The notes beneath the pieces were generated by a model. It was not told the DNA's origin and made no database searches. It saw only the letters and a list, made by a program, of their open reading frames with translations. The position numbers and the translations under genes are program-made. From the NCBI GenBank assembly GCA_041483895.1, contig JBGPGO010000004.1, positions 96,001-160,000 of the forward strand: DNA of 64,000 nt, in the 5' to 3' direction. Position 1 is the stretch's first letter; the number at the start of each line of letters is the position of its first letter. Of this stretch, positions 30,712 to 40,048 are shown one piece after another. This DNA is from Fimbriimonadia bacterium. Lineage in GTDB: Bacteria > Armatimonadota > Fimbriimonadia > Fimbriimonadales > JABRVX01.

Positions 30712-32829
30712 CTACCCACCCAGCAAGGACTTCAATTGCGCCTTTCCCAGGAACAGCTCCATCCGGTCTCCATCGGTCCATGGCGTCGGCCCAAGCGCCG
30801 TCCCATCGGCCTTGATAATGGTGTACCGATACGAGAACAGCGGGTCGCCGGGTTTCGCCACTTCGTCGGCACGGCGATCCACTAGGTAGACTGGTCCGAT
30901 CTCGATCGTCTGGTTGTCGGCGCTGATCGATCCGCTCTTGATTTGTTCAGCGCGATTCTTCGAATCGAAGTACTTGGATTTAACATCCACCATGATGCGC
31001 GCGATTCCGCCCGGATCGGTGAAGGGCGTCAGCGTGACGATCTGCACTTTCGCCGTCGTCATGTTCGCGACGCCGCCCGTCCATTGAGATTTCGCGGCAT
31101 CGACTCCTTCCGGATAGTTTTCGACAACGCCGTAATCCGCCCAGGACTTCAGCGACTTGCCATCCAACCAGCCCTGGATTGCCGCATCGGCGATGCGGGC
31201 CTTGGACTTCGGCGGCAGCTCCGTGTTCTTCAGATCGTACGAGTAGATCGTCGGCGTGCCGTCCGAGCCGATGGTCAAGAAGTGCAGATACTTCAGCTTG
31301 ATTGGGAACGGCGCTGTGTTCTGCATCAGGTCGGCGCGATGCCAATAGCGCGTTCCAAACGTGTGCGGATCGGTGATCTTGATCTGCACCGGAATCAGCA
31401 CGCTGAACCCATCGCCTTCGCCGGCAGAAGTATACGTGGCCGTACCCGTCAGGCCAAGCCCTTGAGTCAACGTCGCTTCGATATTTTCCTTCGTGACAAC
31501 ATCGGTCGTGAAGGAAAGGTCCACCTCCCCGGCAATATCGGAAATGGCCGAGACCGAGATTTTGTCCGCGGCGATGTTGAATCGCTTCAGATCGTCCTTC
31601 ATGGAGAATCCGGGGGAGCCGTTGAACGGGAAAGGCCGCAGCTCCTTGAACTTGCCGGCTGGCAGACCCTTTTGCAAAAGACCCCGCACGAAACTGATCT
31701 CCGCCGGATCGATCGCGGAAGTCAGCCGGGCGGTAATCGATACGTCGTTCGACCCGTCGGGCCGCGCCGCGCCGTAGATCATTCGCAGCGCGTAGCCATT
31801 GTCCACGTCCCAGAACAGCACGTAGCGAGCGGGCAGATAGTAGAAAATTCCCGAGGCCGGATTGGCATCCATATACACGTCCGCGTTGATTGTGGTGATC
31901 TTCTCGGCGGTCAGCCCGGTGCCAGGCGCGGCATTCAGAAGGTCGAACAGACGATACTTGGTGCTGGACGGCCCTTTGCCGCCCTTATCCGCCACATCCT
32001 TCGGCAAACCTTGCGCGGCCGAGATCGTGGTGAGCGCCCTCAGCTTGGCGGTGTCGCTAATCCGCAGCGTGCCTGTGGCCTTCGGCGTAGGATCAACTCT
32101 CGGTTGGATGACGGAAGCCGCACCACCGGCGCGAAAGATACTGGGCTGCGCCAAAATCATCTTGGACATAATCTCCGGCCGGAAAATCTTGGGCGGAGGC
32201 GGCGCGCCGCCCGCCGGATCGCTGGCGGGGATGGCACCGAGCGCCGTCGGGGTGATATCGACGACATAGGTTTCGCCGGTCAGCTTTGCCAGGAACTTCT
32301 TGGCGACCTTGAAGACGCCGGCGGTATCCACTTTATCCTTGGCGTCCTCCTGCACGATCTTGGCCAGCATAAACTTGCTCTTGAATTCCACTCCCATTGG
32401 CGCGGAATCGTTCAGGTGGAAGGCCATGTGGACGGTGCCTGCCGCAGTGGTAAGTTTGGGAGCCGCGCCAACCAACGCGATAGGCAGCGCGTTCTTCTTG
32501 TCACCCGCGAATTCGGCGATAAGCAGTTTGCCGGACGAGATGTCGGCATCCTTGTAGACGATGTCGACCTCCATCTCGCGATCGGTATCCTTCGTCACCC
32601 TCATAGAGACGATTTGGCCCTTGCCTTTGGCCGAAAGACCGGCGGCGAGCGGGCCGAGGTCGGAAAGTTTGAACCCTCCGCCGAGCAGCGCCCCCAAGAG
32701 GTCATCCACCTTGCCGATCGCGGTGGCGTTAAATTCCTTATTGAGAATGCCGGAGACGTTGTCCTGCGCCACAACGGCGACCGACAGCGCAAACCCACAA
32801 ACGAGTGCCAGACAAAGCTTTTTCATCAT
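30712..32829 (-). CDS. Secreted divergent paralog A of YYLP-motif family with N-terminal extension
   Basis: Signal peptide; Pro-rich linker; IFYYLP; C-terminal FSYRYTIIKADG; GGGAGG RBS. Confidence 0.8.
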   Translation of the reverse strand: MMKKLCLALVCGFALSVAVVAQDNVSGILNKEFNATAIGKVDDLLGALLGGGFKLSDLGPLAAGLSAKGKGQIVSMRVTKDTDREMEVDIVYKDADISSGKLLIAEFAGDKKNALPIALVGAAPKLTTAAGTVHMAFHLNDSAPMGVEFKSKFMLAKIVQEDAKDKVDTAGVFKVAKKFLAKLTGETYVVDITPTALGAIPASDPAGGAPPPPKIFRPEIMSKMILAQPSIFRAGGAASVIQPRVDPTPKATGTLRISDTAKLRALTTISAAQGLPKDVADKGGKGPSSTKYRLFDLLNAAPGTGLTAEKITTINADVYMDANPASGIFYYLPARYVLFWDVDNGYALRMIYGAARPDGSNDVSITARLTSAIDPAEISFVRGLLQKGLPAGKFKELRPFPFNGSPGFSMKDDLKRFNIAADKISVSAISDIAGEVDLSFTTDVVTKENIEATLTQGLGLTGTATYTSAGEGDGFSVLIPVQIKITDPHTFGTRYWHRADLMQNTAPFPIKLKYLHFLTIGSDGTPTIYSYDLKNTELPPKSKARIADAAIQGWLDGKSLKSWADYGVVENYPEGVDAAKSQWTGGVANMTTAKVQIVTLTPFTDPGGIARIMVDVKSKYFDSKNRAEQIKSGSISADNQTIEIGPVYLVDRRADEVAKPGDPLFSYRYTIIKADGTALGPTPWTDGDRMELFLGKAQLKSLLGG

Positions 32830-33197
32830 GTCCTCCCAGCGCCGGTACTCCCAGCGCTATACATGTGCCTTCGGGCGCCCCGCGCCCATCGCCACGCCGC
32901 AATTCACCTTCAACGGAAGTAAAATCGCCTACACCTTAGGCGAAGAATTGGTCGAACCTGCGATGATCAGCATCGTCTTTTCAGATACTACCTGGTTCTG
33001 ATACGAACTGATCGGCTGAACCGTCACCCTATCCTACCAAATGGTGTCTCATTATGCTAGTACAGGACCAGACCTTAAGGGCTGGGGATTTAGTCTTGGG
33101 ACCGCCTAGGAAGTCTTGGTGCCCTGAACCGCCTGACACCACCTTCCCTCTCTGATAGGAAGCGGTGGCGGATCGAGAGGCTGCAATTCGCGGGGGC

Positions 33198-34052
33198 TCA
33201 CCATTCCAACGCCCACTTCGGCGGCACGACGTTTTCGAACTGGTTTGCATTGAGATCGGCGATCATCGTCGACTCTCCATTCGGAAAATCCGCCCACGCC
33301 CAAAGGCAGCCCTTGTCGCTATAGAGGACGCGCCCGCGCATGTCAACGTCCAGCCAGTGCGATGAATTCCATTTGGTTTCCCACCGAAGGACAGTCTTAC
33401 CGGCCTCGTCAAAGGCTTCCCATTCATCGGAAAGGTACCAATAGATCCTCCGCAATAGGCCCCCAACAAATCGCTTCTCATAGACGGTGCCGGCATACTG
33501 TTCTGTCCGCACTGGAAACTCCCGAAGCTGTTGGGGAAATTCACACCAACCGGAACGAAGAAGCCGGATGCGGAAGATCATTTCATCTTCAGAACCCGGC
33601 AAATTCAATTTGTGCGCAATGACCGGCGATTGGACCGGTTTTTTCTCATTCCATTGATAAGGCATGTTATTGAGATCGACGACGGTATTCGATGCCCAGA
33701 CACCGCCGCCGTTCCAAGCCCCGCCCATAAACCAAAGGGCGAGCGCCGTGAAATAGGGTGGGCGGCTGATCGCGGTCCAACCTTGCTGATCCCACGAGAC
33801 ATGGGTTCTGAGGTCAGGCCCGGCATATCTTGTGTTCCTGTAATTCGTGAAGGCGCCGACCAGGTAGCGTCCGTCTGGACTGACATCGCAACGGCGGGTA
33901 TGGACATGACCCGTGATCCATTGCCCAGGCGTTACCCTATCGGTCGCGAAGTCCCAGATGAGCTGTTGCGTGTGCTTGGATGGACCTCTGCGAAAGATGA
34001 CCGCCAGGCCGGCTTCCCGAGCGATAATGCCGTCAATCCGGGCGTAGGTCAT
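33198..34052 (-). CDS. Conserved-looking hypothetical protein (Trp-rich, possibly beta-propeller)
   Basis: AVIFRRGPS, GQW, RRCDVSPDG, WTAISRPPYFTAL; start placed at MTYARI. Confidence 0.7.
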   Translation of the reverse strand: MTYARIDGIIAREAGLAVIFRRGPSKHTQQLIWDFATDRVTPGQWITGHVHTRRCDVSPDGRYLVGAFTNYRNTRYAGPDLRTHVSWDQQGWTAISRPPYFTALALWFMGGAWNGGGVWASNTVVDLNNMPYQWNEKKPVQSPVIAHKLNLPGSEDEMIFRIRLLRSGWCEFPQQLREFPVRTEQYAGTVYEKRFVGGLLRRIYWYLSDEWEAFDEAGKTVLRWETKWNSSHWLDVDMRGRVLYSDKGCLWAWADFPNGESTMIADLNANQFENVVPPKWALEW

Positions 34053-34199
34053 GAAGGCGAGTCTAGCAGGAACTCTGGTACCCCGGACGGATTGCGATCT
34101 CTCGATATTGGTGCTGCTTGATGCCGAACAGCGCTCACCTGCGGCAAAACTTCGTCTGAAACGGTCGTCCGTCGCTGCCCGGACGCAGCCTAACCGGTT

Positions 34200-34350
34200 C
34201 ATCCTCCAGTGTCGTTGTCACCTGGCCAGGCTAACTATTTCCGAATGCCGCTGGGCGGATACTCAAGAATCTTGGGGACGGCATCATGACCGTGTTCGCA
34301 GTGCCCGCCAACGCCCTCAAGGCGGTGGAGGCACTGCGGTTTCTTCTGGC
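34200..34350 (+). pseudogene. Class III adenylate/guanylate cyclase fragment
   Basis: GRILKNLGDGIMTVF..ANAL resembles the KxxGD-x-M-x-F cyclase motif; preceded by in-frame stop. Confidence 0.4.
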
Positions 34351-34392
34351 CGAGCCTTGGCGGGGATTCTGGGAGACACTTTATTCCAGGAC

Positions 34393-37300
34393 TCAGTGCC
34401 CCAAACTCGCCGCTGGGATCTCCCCCTTCTCAAACCCCGGACCCGCCCAGAACACCCTCAAAGAGTGTCCTCCGCCAGCCTCGAAGTACCCCACCGTGAT
34501 CGGATGTTTCCCCTTCCTGAGCGCGATGTCGCCATGGACCTCGGAATAGGCGTGTAACCCATCGTTATCCACCACCAGGCTATTTCCGATCCACATTCTG
34601 CTGCCGTCGTCCGAACCGGTCCAGAACCGATACACGCCGTCCTGCGAAATTTCGATCACGCCCCTCAAGCGCATCGAGTAGGTTTCCTCCTTCGGATTCG
34701 CCTCGTCGAGGCCGAACTTGCTAACGGTCATCGTCCGCATCGGCGTCAGCGAGTCGAAGTGCGGGACTTTCTCGAACTTTCCGCCAAACAGTTCGCAGAT
34801 GACACCAGGGACCGAGGGGCGCACGGGCATAGGGACATCGCAAAAGCCCACTTCCAGCTTTGCCACCAGCGGCTCGCTGAACTGCCCATCGGGCCAGAAG
34901 CAAACCGCCTTGACCAAAGTTGTCTTGTTCACCTTGATCGGCGCCACGTACTTCGGCGAGGTTGGTTTGGGCTCCGAGCCGTCCAGCGTAAGGCGAACCA
35001 CGCCCTTACCGCTGGTGTTCAGCAGCCGTATCTGAGTCTCACTCACGAACGCCCGAAAGCCCAAGTCCAGCTTTGGCACGCTGGGATGCGGGAACAGGAA
35101 GTTCCGGTCCACGGCGGGGCTGCGGTCCCTATCCTTCAGCTTCCAGATTTCGACCGCCCGCGCATAGCTGAGGTCTGGCTTTTGGGTCCAATGCCAATTC
35201 AGTGTGATGCGTGATGTGTGAGCAGTGATGGACAACACATTGCCTTTCGCCAAGACCCGCCTGCCATCGACCGTCGCCGAGTCAAGCTTGACGAAGTATG
35301 GAATGTGAAAGAAAAGCGACTTCGGCGCCTGACGCCATTTCGTTGACAGCACGACGTCCGCTCCGTCCTTTCGCGAACGGATGACAAATGACACCGGTCC
35401 GAAGTTCGTCGGCGCATTGGTGAGCCGGATGACCTGGCCCGCGCGCACCCACTGCGGCGAGAGGCACGACGCGAGGTGCAGCGCGTCGCCCTCCTCGCGG
35501 ACCAGCATGTTCCTGACCAATTCGACAGTCCGCGCGGCGAACCACCCGTGCGGCGTGTAGTTGCCGCCCACGTCGCGATCGCCCCAGGGCGCGGTGCCCA
35601 TCTCAAAGCCCGCATGCGTCGCCGATGTGTGCGCCAGGATGCTGTAGAGGTCTTCCAACACCTCCCGCTGCATCCCGCAGGCAAGCTCGGTTTCTGTGGT
35701 GTTGTATATCTCGTAGTGGTGTAGCGTGCCGGGGTCAGCGTCCACGCCCTGCTGCTCGCGCATCCGGAGCACCCAAGCGTTCGTGCCCCAGGTAGAGATG
35801 CCCTCGCGCCATTTGTACTCTCGAACCATCCGCAACGTAGTGGCGACACGCGGGTCGGACTTGTCAATGACTCCAAACGGATAAACGCCGCCGGTCGCAT
35901 TCTCCCAGTCGCGCCCGTCCTCCGGCTTATCAATGCCGGGCGGGATGTAGCCGCCGGTCAAAGCGGTCATCTTGCCAAGCTGCGCCATGAACCGCTTGCG
36001 ATAGGCGTCGTGCCAACTCTGCCAGAGCGCTGCGTCTCGACTGTGTCCCGTGGCATTGGCCAGGTTGATCGCCTCGCGCAGCCCCAGCAGAATCCAAAAG
36101 CTGTGGCTGGTGTAGTGGCCTTCCAAAAGCTCGGCATCATAAGGGCCGAGCTTTGGCCATAGGTTCAGCGGGTCCGAGGCGATCTTCTCCTGGAAATAGT
36201 TCATGTGTGGTGCGAGCACCGGGTATGCGTACTTCGCGAACACCATGTTGCCCGTCGCGCGGAAGTGCGCCCCCACTGCCCAAAGCGACTGGCCCCAATC
36301 GTCCTCTCCGCTGTGCTTGAGCTCTCTTGCCGAGCCGTCCGGGTTGGTCTCGAAGTAGTACTGGACGCTTCCCCGAGCGGCCTCCGGCAGATTCATCAGG
36401 TCGAACATGTGCGTGATGTACGCGCCGTCCCGGAAATAGAACGTATGGTACTGGAACTTGTTGACGGTGGGCATGAAGCTCTTGCCGTCCAACAGCACGT
36501 CGCGCGCGATCAGGTTGTAAGCAACACTGGCTTTGATTGTGTCGGAAACCTTCTCCTCGGGCAGGTCGATCTGCGTCGCTTGGTCGAAAATGCCCGCCCA
36601 GAACGCGGACACCTTGCTGAAGGCCTCCCAGTAGTCTGCACGTGTGACCGCAGCCACCTGGGCCTCGCGCTTCAGGTCGACAGGCACGAATGGCACTTTG
36701 AAGATCATCTCGGTCGTTCGATTGTGCTCAAGGCGCAGGCTGTATTCTACGCCGGGACCGACCCGATAGGACGGCGCGGGATCGCCCGAGTACGTGAACA
36801 CAAGGTGGCCGGCCTTACTGACCATGCCGCCGCTATCGCTGGCTGTGGACGATACGGCCCATCGGCTCTTGTCCATGAACCGGTCGCAATACCACTCGCG
36901 GCAAGGCATCTCCGCGCGGTTCCGCTCGCCCCGGCTCGTGAACTGGGCAACGAGCTTGGTCTCTTTCGGTTCGACGCCGCTGTTCGAAGCCATTACGCGC
37001 ACGTATGCCACCAAGTTCTCGCGCGGATCCAATGCCTTGGGTGCCGCGAAGAACTGAACGTGAAACCCGATGCCGTCCCGCTCGAAGTCGCATTGCGGAA
37101 ACGGGAGTGAACCCTTGTACAGCGTTTTCAGACGCACGTCGACCGGTTTCGGGTCCATGCCGGCCAGGAGCTCGAATTCGCCGAAGCCGTTGTTCAGCGC
37201 GCCGTCGTAGGTGAGTTGGAACCCCTGCGGGCAGTCCTTGAACCCCACCACGTCGCTGGGATAGAGGAGAAAGGTGAACGGTTCGCTGCCCTTTGGAGCC

Positions 37301-37461
37301 TCCGCGTTCTGCTTCTGCGACATTCCGCTCTCCTTCTGTCGAGTTTGGCCAAAATGGCCCGCATCCGCGACGCGGATGCGCAACAAGTCGCTATTGGGCG
37401 CCGTTCCAGGACGGCCGAAACCCGGCCATCCAACGAGGAGGAGACACGCTGCTGAAATCAT
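34393..37461 (-). CDS. Secreted six-hairpin glycoside hydrolase-like protein with Fn3-associated and PA14 domains
   Basis: FYFRDGAY helical-barrel motif; LTLDGSEP..SPKY; PA14 SDDGSR..DNDGLH..YFEAGGG. Confidence 0.75.
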   Translation of the reverse strand: MISAACLLLVGWPGFGRPGTAPNSDLLRIRVADAGHFGQTRQKESGMSQKQNAEAPKGSEPFTFLLYPSDVVGFKDCPQGFQLTYDGALNNGFGEFELLAGMDPKPVDVRLKTLYKGSLPFPQCDFERDGIGFHVQFFAAPKALDPRENLVAYVRVMASNSGVEPKETKLVAQFTSRGERNRAEMPCREWYCDRFMDKSRWAVSSTASDSGGMVSKAGHLVFTYSGDPAPSYRVGPGVEYSLRLEHNRTTEMIFKVPFVPVDLKREAQVAAVTRADYWEAFSKVSAFWAGIFDQATQIDLPEEKVSDTIKASVAYNLIARDVLLDGKSFMPTVNKFQYHTFYFRDGAYITHMFDLMNLPEAARGSVQYYFETNPDGSARELKHSGEDDWGQSLWAVGAHFRATGNMVFAKYAYPVLAPHMNYFQEKIASDPLNLWPKLGPYDAELLEGHYTSHSFWILLGLREAINLANATGHSRDAALWQSWHDAYRKRFMAQLGKMTALTGGYIPPGIDKPEDGRDWENATGGVYPFGVIDKSDPRVATTLRMVREYKWREGISTWGTNAWVLRMREQQGVDADPGTLHHYEIYNTTETELACGMQREVLEDLYSILAHTSATHAGFEMGTAPWGDRDVGGNYTPHGWFAARTVELVRNMLVREEGDALHLASCLSPQWVRAGQVIRLTNAPTNFGPVSFVIRSRKDGADVVLSTKWRQAPKSLFFHIPYFVKLDSATVDGRRVLAKGNVLSITAHTSRITLNWHWTQKPDLSYARAVEIWKLKDRDRSPAVDRNFLFPHPSVPKLDLGFRAFVSETQIRLLNTSGKGVVRLTLDGSEPKPTSPKYVAPIKVNKTTLVKAVCFWPDGQFSEPLVAKLEVGFCDVPMPVRPSVPGVICELFGGKFEKVPHFDSLTPMRTMTVSKFGLDEANPKEETYSMRLRGVIEISQDGVYRFWTGSDDGSRMWIGNSLVVDNDGLHAYSEVHGDIALRKGKHPITVGYFEAGGGHSLRVFWAGPGFEKGEIPAASLGH

Positions 37462-37993
37462 CTTGGATACCCTCGGCCTGACATGGCGCGAGCATACTCC
37501 ATATCCTTCCGCGAGGAACTCAACGATGAAAAGCGCCCTGTGTTTGATCTTTATTATCGCCTGTTCGTCGGCAGAGAGAAGAGCGTATGACCCGCCGTTG
37601 GAGCCGACGGCGCTACGTGCCGCGGCCCGATTGGATTCGCCTGAACATTCACTGATGGCGCGAAGTTAGCCGCCTGGCCGCCGCTCGATGAAGAGCAGGA
37701 TGACACCCGCGAGTTTCCGTGGTGGTTCGTTCGACAGAGACCCACACGACGTCGAAGTGGTAATTTTGCCAGGCGAATTGGAGAACCCGTTGAGAACAAG
37801 GGTTCGAACCCCGTCTGGTCTGACGACAATCCTAGGTTCAAAATGGGATGGTACACCGCCCCTCGTAACTCGCGAACTACCCCGGTGAACGTTCATCGCT
37901 TCATCATGTGGGTTACGCTCGCGAGGAACCAGGGCAGAAAAGGCCGGAAGAGCCTCGCCAAACTGTAAAGCTAGCCCCGAGGCGATCTGAAAA

Positions 37994-39162
37994 ATGTCAT
38001 CGGCCACACCCGCTTCATCGCGGATATCGTCGTTGGAGACCGCTTCCGAAAGGATCCAGGCGACATCGAGTCTCTTGCCCAAAGTATCGAGAGATTCGGC
38101 CTCCTGCATCCGATCGTAATTACGCCCGACGGGCGACTGATCGCTGGGGCAAGGCGGATTGCGGCCTGCCTCACGCTCGGCTGGACGAAGGTGCCGGTTC
38201 GCGTTGTCGACATCGGCAGCGTCATCTGCGGGGAGTTTGCCGAGAACGCCTGCCGCAAGGACTTCACGCCCTCGGAACTGGTTGCTATAGGCGAGGCCGT
38301 CGAATTCATCGAGCGTAGGGCCGCGCAGCTTCGACAGGAAAGAACCCAGTTCGGTTCAGGCGGCAGCGAAGAACCGGCACAAACGTGCGACGTCAGTGAA
38401 CTCGACGACGGTGGTGGAAAGTTACCACCACCGTGCAAATCGCGTGATGTCGTCGCCAATCAGCTCGGCATCAGCGGCAAAACCTACGAGAAGGCAAGGG
38501 CCGTCGTTGCCGCCGCGGAGGAAGATCCTTCCCTTGCTCCTCTAGTTATCGAGATGGACCGGACGGGGAAGGTAAACGGCGTTTACAAGAAACTTCGTAC
38601 CACCCAAGCGGCGACAGCGATCCGCTCCGAACCGCCGCCGCTTCCCGATGGGCCGTTCCGGGTCATCGTAGCGGATCCGCCGTGGCAATATGAAAATCGC
38701 CCGGACGATCCCAGCCACCGCAGCGCTCTTCCGTATCCGACCATGACCGAGGTCGAACTCTGCGAGTTACCTGTTGCTGGCTTAGCGGCTGACGATAGCA
38801 TCCTGTGGCTCTGGACGACGAACGCTCACATGCGAGAGGCGTACGCCGTCCTTGACGCATGGGGCTTCAACGCGAAGACGATCCTCACCTGGGTAAAGGA
38901 CCGCTTCGGCACGGGCGACTGGCTTCGAGGTCAAACCGAGCATTGCCTGATGGCGGTAAGGGGAAAGCCGCTCGTCACGCTAAGAGGCCAATCCACCGTG
39001 CTCCATGCGCCATTGCGGGCGCATTCCCAAAAGCCGGACGGGTTCTACGACCTGGTGGAATCTCTTTGTCCTGGATCCAAGTGCGAACTTTTCGCCAGGC
39101 AGAAAAGGCCGGGCTGGATCTCCTGGGGGAACGAGTGCGAACCAGTCGGAGCGTGTTCGTAG
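37994..39162 (+). CDS. ParB-like domain fused to MT-A70 family adenine methyltransferase; apparent one-base frameshift near 38010
   Basis: GLLHPIVI..LIAGARR, EFAEN..RKDFT (ParB-N); ADPPW, LWLWTTN, HSQKP, ELFARQ (MT-A70); ATG 37994 joins frame if one C is added to CCC. Confidence 0.8.
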
Positions 39163-39902
39163 ATGGCGGGGGACCTCTATCAAGTCGTCTGCGAAACGCA
39201 GGACGGTCTCCTCGATGGGGAGGCGACCAAACGCGTCTTCATCGAAAGGCACCCTGCCTTCGGAAAGGACGGCAATGGCTGCTTCGTTGAGGCCACTTTC
39301 CGGCTGGCCGAGGAGATCGATGAGGATGAGGTCCTGGAGTTTCAGTACCTGTTCCGTCTGGCTCGCAGATTGAGGCAGCACACCAATCCTTCCTGCCGGA
39401 CGGCGGATACCGGCTCGTTCTTCGTTCCATTGGCACACCTCTTCGTGGAACTTCTCTGCCATTACGGCAAGATGCAATGCCTGAGCGGCATGGATTGGGA
39501 TGACGAGGAGGAGGTCGCCCTCGAGTTCGAGCACGTGTGGTCGACGGTACGCTTCGCCGAGGGTGAAGATACCCTCATTGAAGCGTTCGTTCGGGGCCGG
39601 AGCGAGCCTCTGCAGTTCTGGTAGAAGGGTCCGGCAGGCTCCTCACCCAGCTCGCGAGCGCCGCATACCATCTCCAGGTGGCGCAAGGGGACAAACCGAT
39701 TCTGCTTCCCATCCATCAGGTCAGCAATGCCATGGGGGTCGCCCCGAAGACCGTTTCCAACCTGATCGCCAAGGCGCTCGCCGCCAACCTGCTCCTTCCC
39801 GTCGATCTGAGCTACAGCCAGGCACAGAAAATCGCCAAACAGTTTCGCTTCAATTTCGAATCCCACCTCTACAAGAAATACAAGCCGGTAAAGGCAAGGT
39901 AG
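39163..39902 (+). CDS. Putative replication-initiator-like protein with C-terminal winged HTH; one-base frameshift near 39618
   Basis: Frame 1 to ..SEPLQF continues in frame 3 LVEGSGRLLTQLASAAYHLQ..GVAPKTVSNLI..AKQFRF; followed by iteron-like repeats. Confidence 0.55.
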
Positions 39903-39931
39903 GGGAAGACATGATTACACATAGATTCTTA

Positions 39932-39997
39932 GAGACTCAGGAGACTCACGGAGGCTTAAGGGCATTTAGTGAGACTCAAGGAGATTCAGGAGAGTCA
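39932..39997. repeat. Iteron-like array of GAGACTCA-type 8-mers at about 10-bp period
   Basis: Copies at 39932, 39941, 39951 (GAGGCTTA), 39971, 39981 (GAGATTCA), 39990 (GAGAGTCA). Confidence 0.75.
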
Positions 39998-40048
39998 GCG
40001 GGATCGCGCGTTCTTCAACTTTTGGAGTCCGACAAAGGAGGTGTGAAT

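Noticed and set aside
21797..32922. Long plus-strand ORFs (658, 622 and 659 aa) opposite the paralog operon
   Set aside because: Antisense shadows of GC-rich genes. The minus-strand ORFs have RBSs, signal peptides and mutual homology.
37798..37862. tRNA-like GGGTTCGAACCCC and TGGTACACC as an att site or recombinase tail
   Set aside because: The T-stem is imperfect, there is no cloverleaf, and no matching second copy or tRNA is in the window.
39500..40048. N-terminal extension of the 610-aa methyltransferase ORF
   Set aside because: It overlaps the Rep-like gene and the repeat array. A strong RBS points to a start at 40043-40049.
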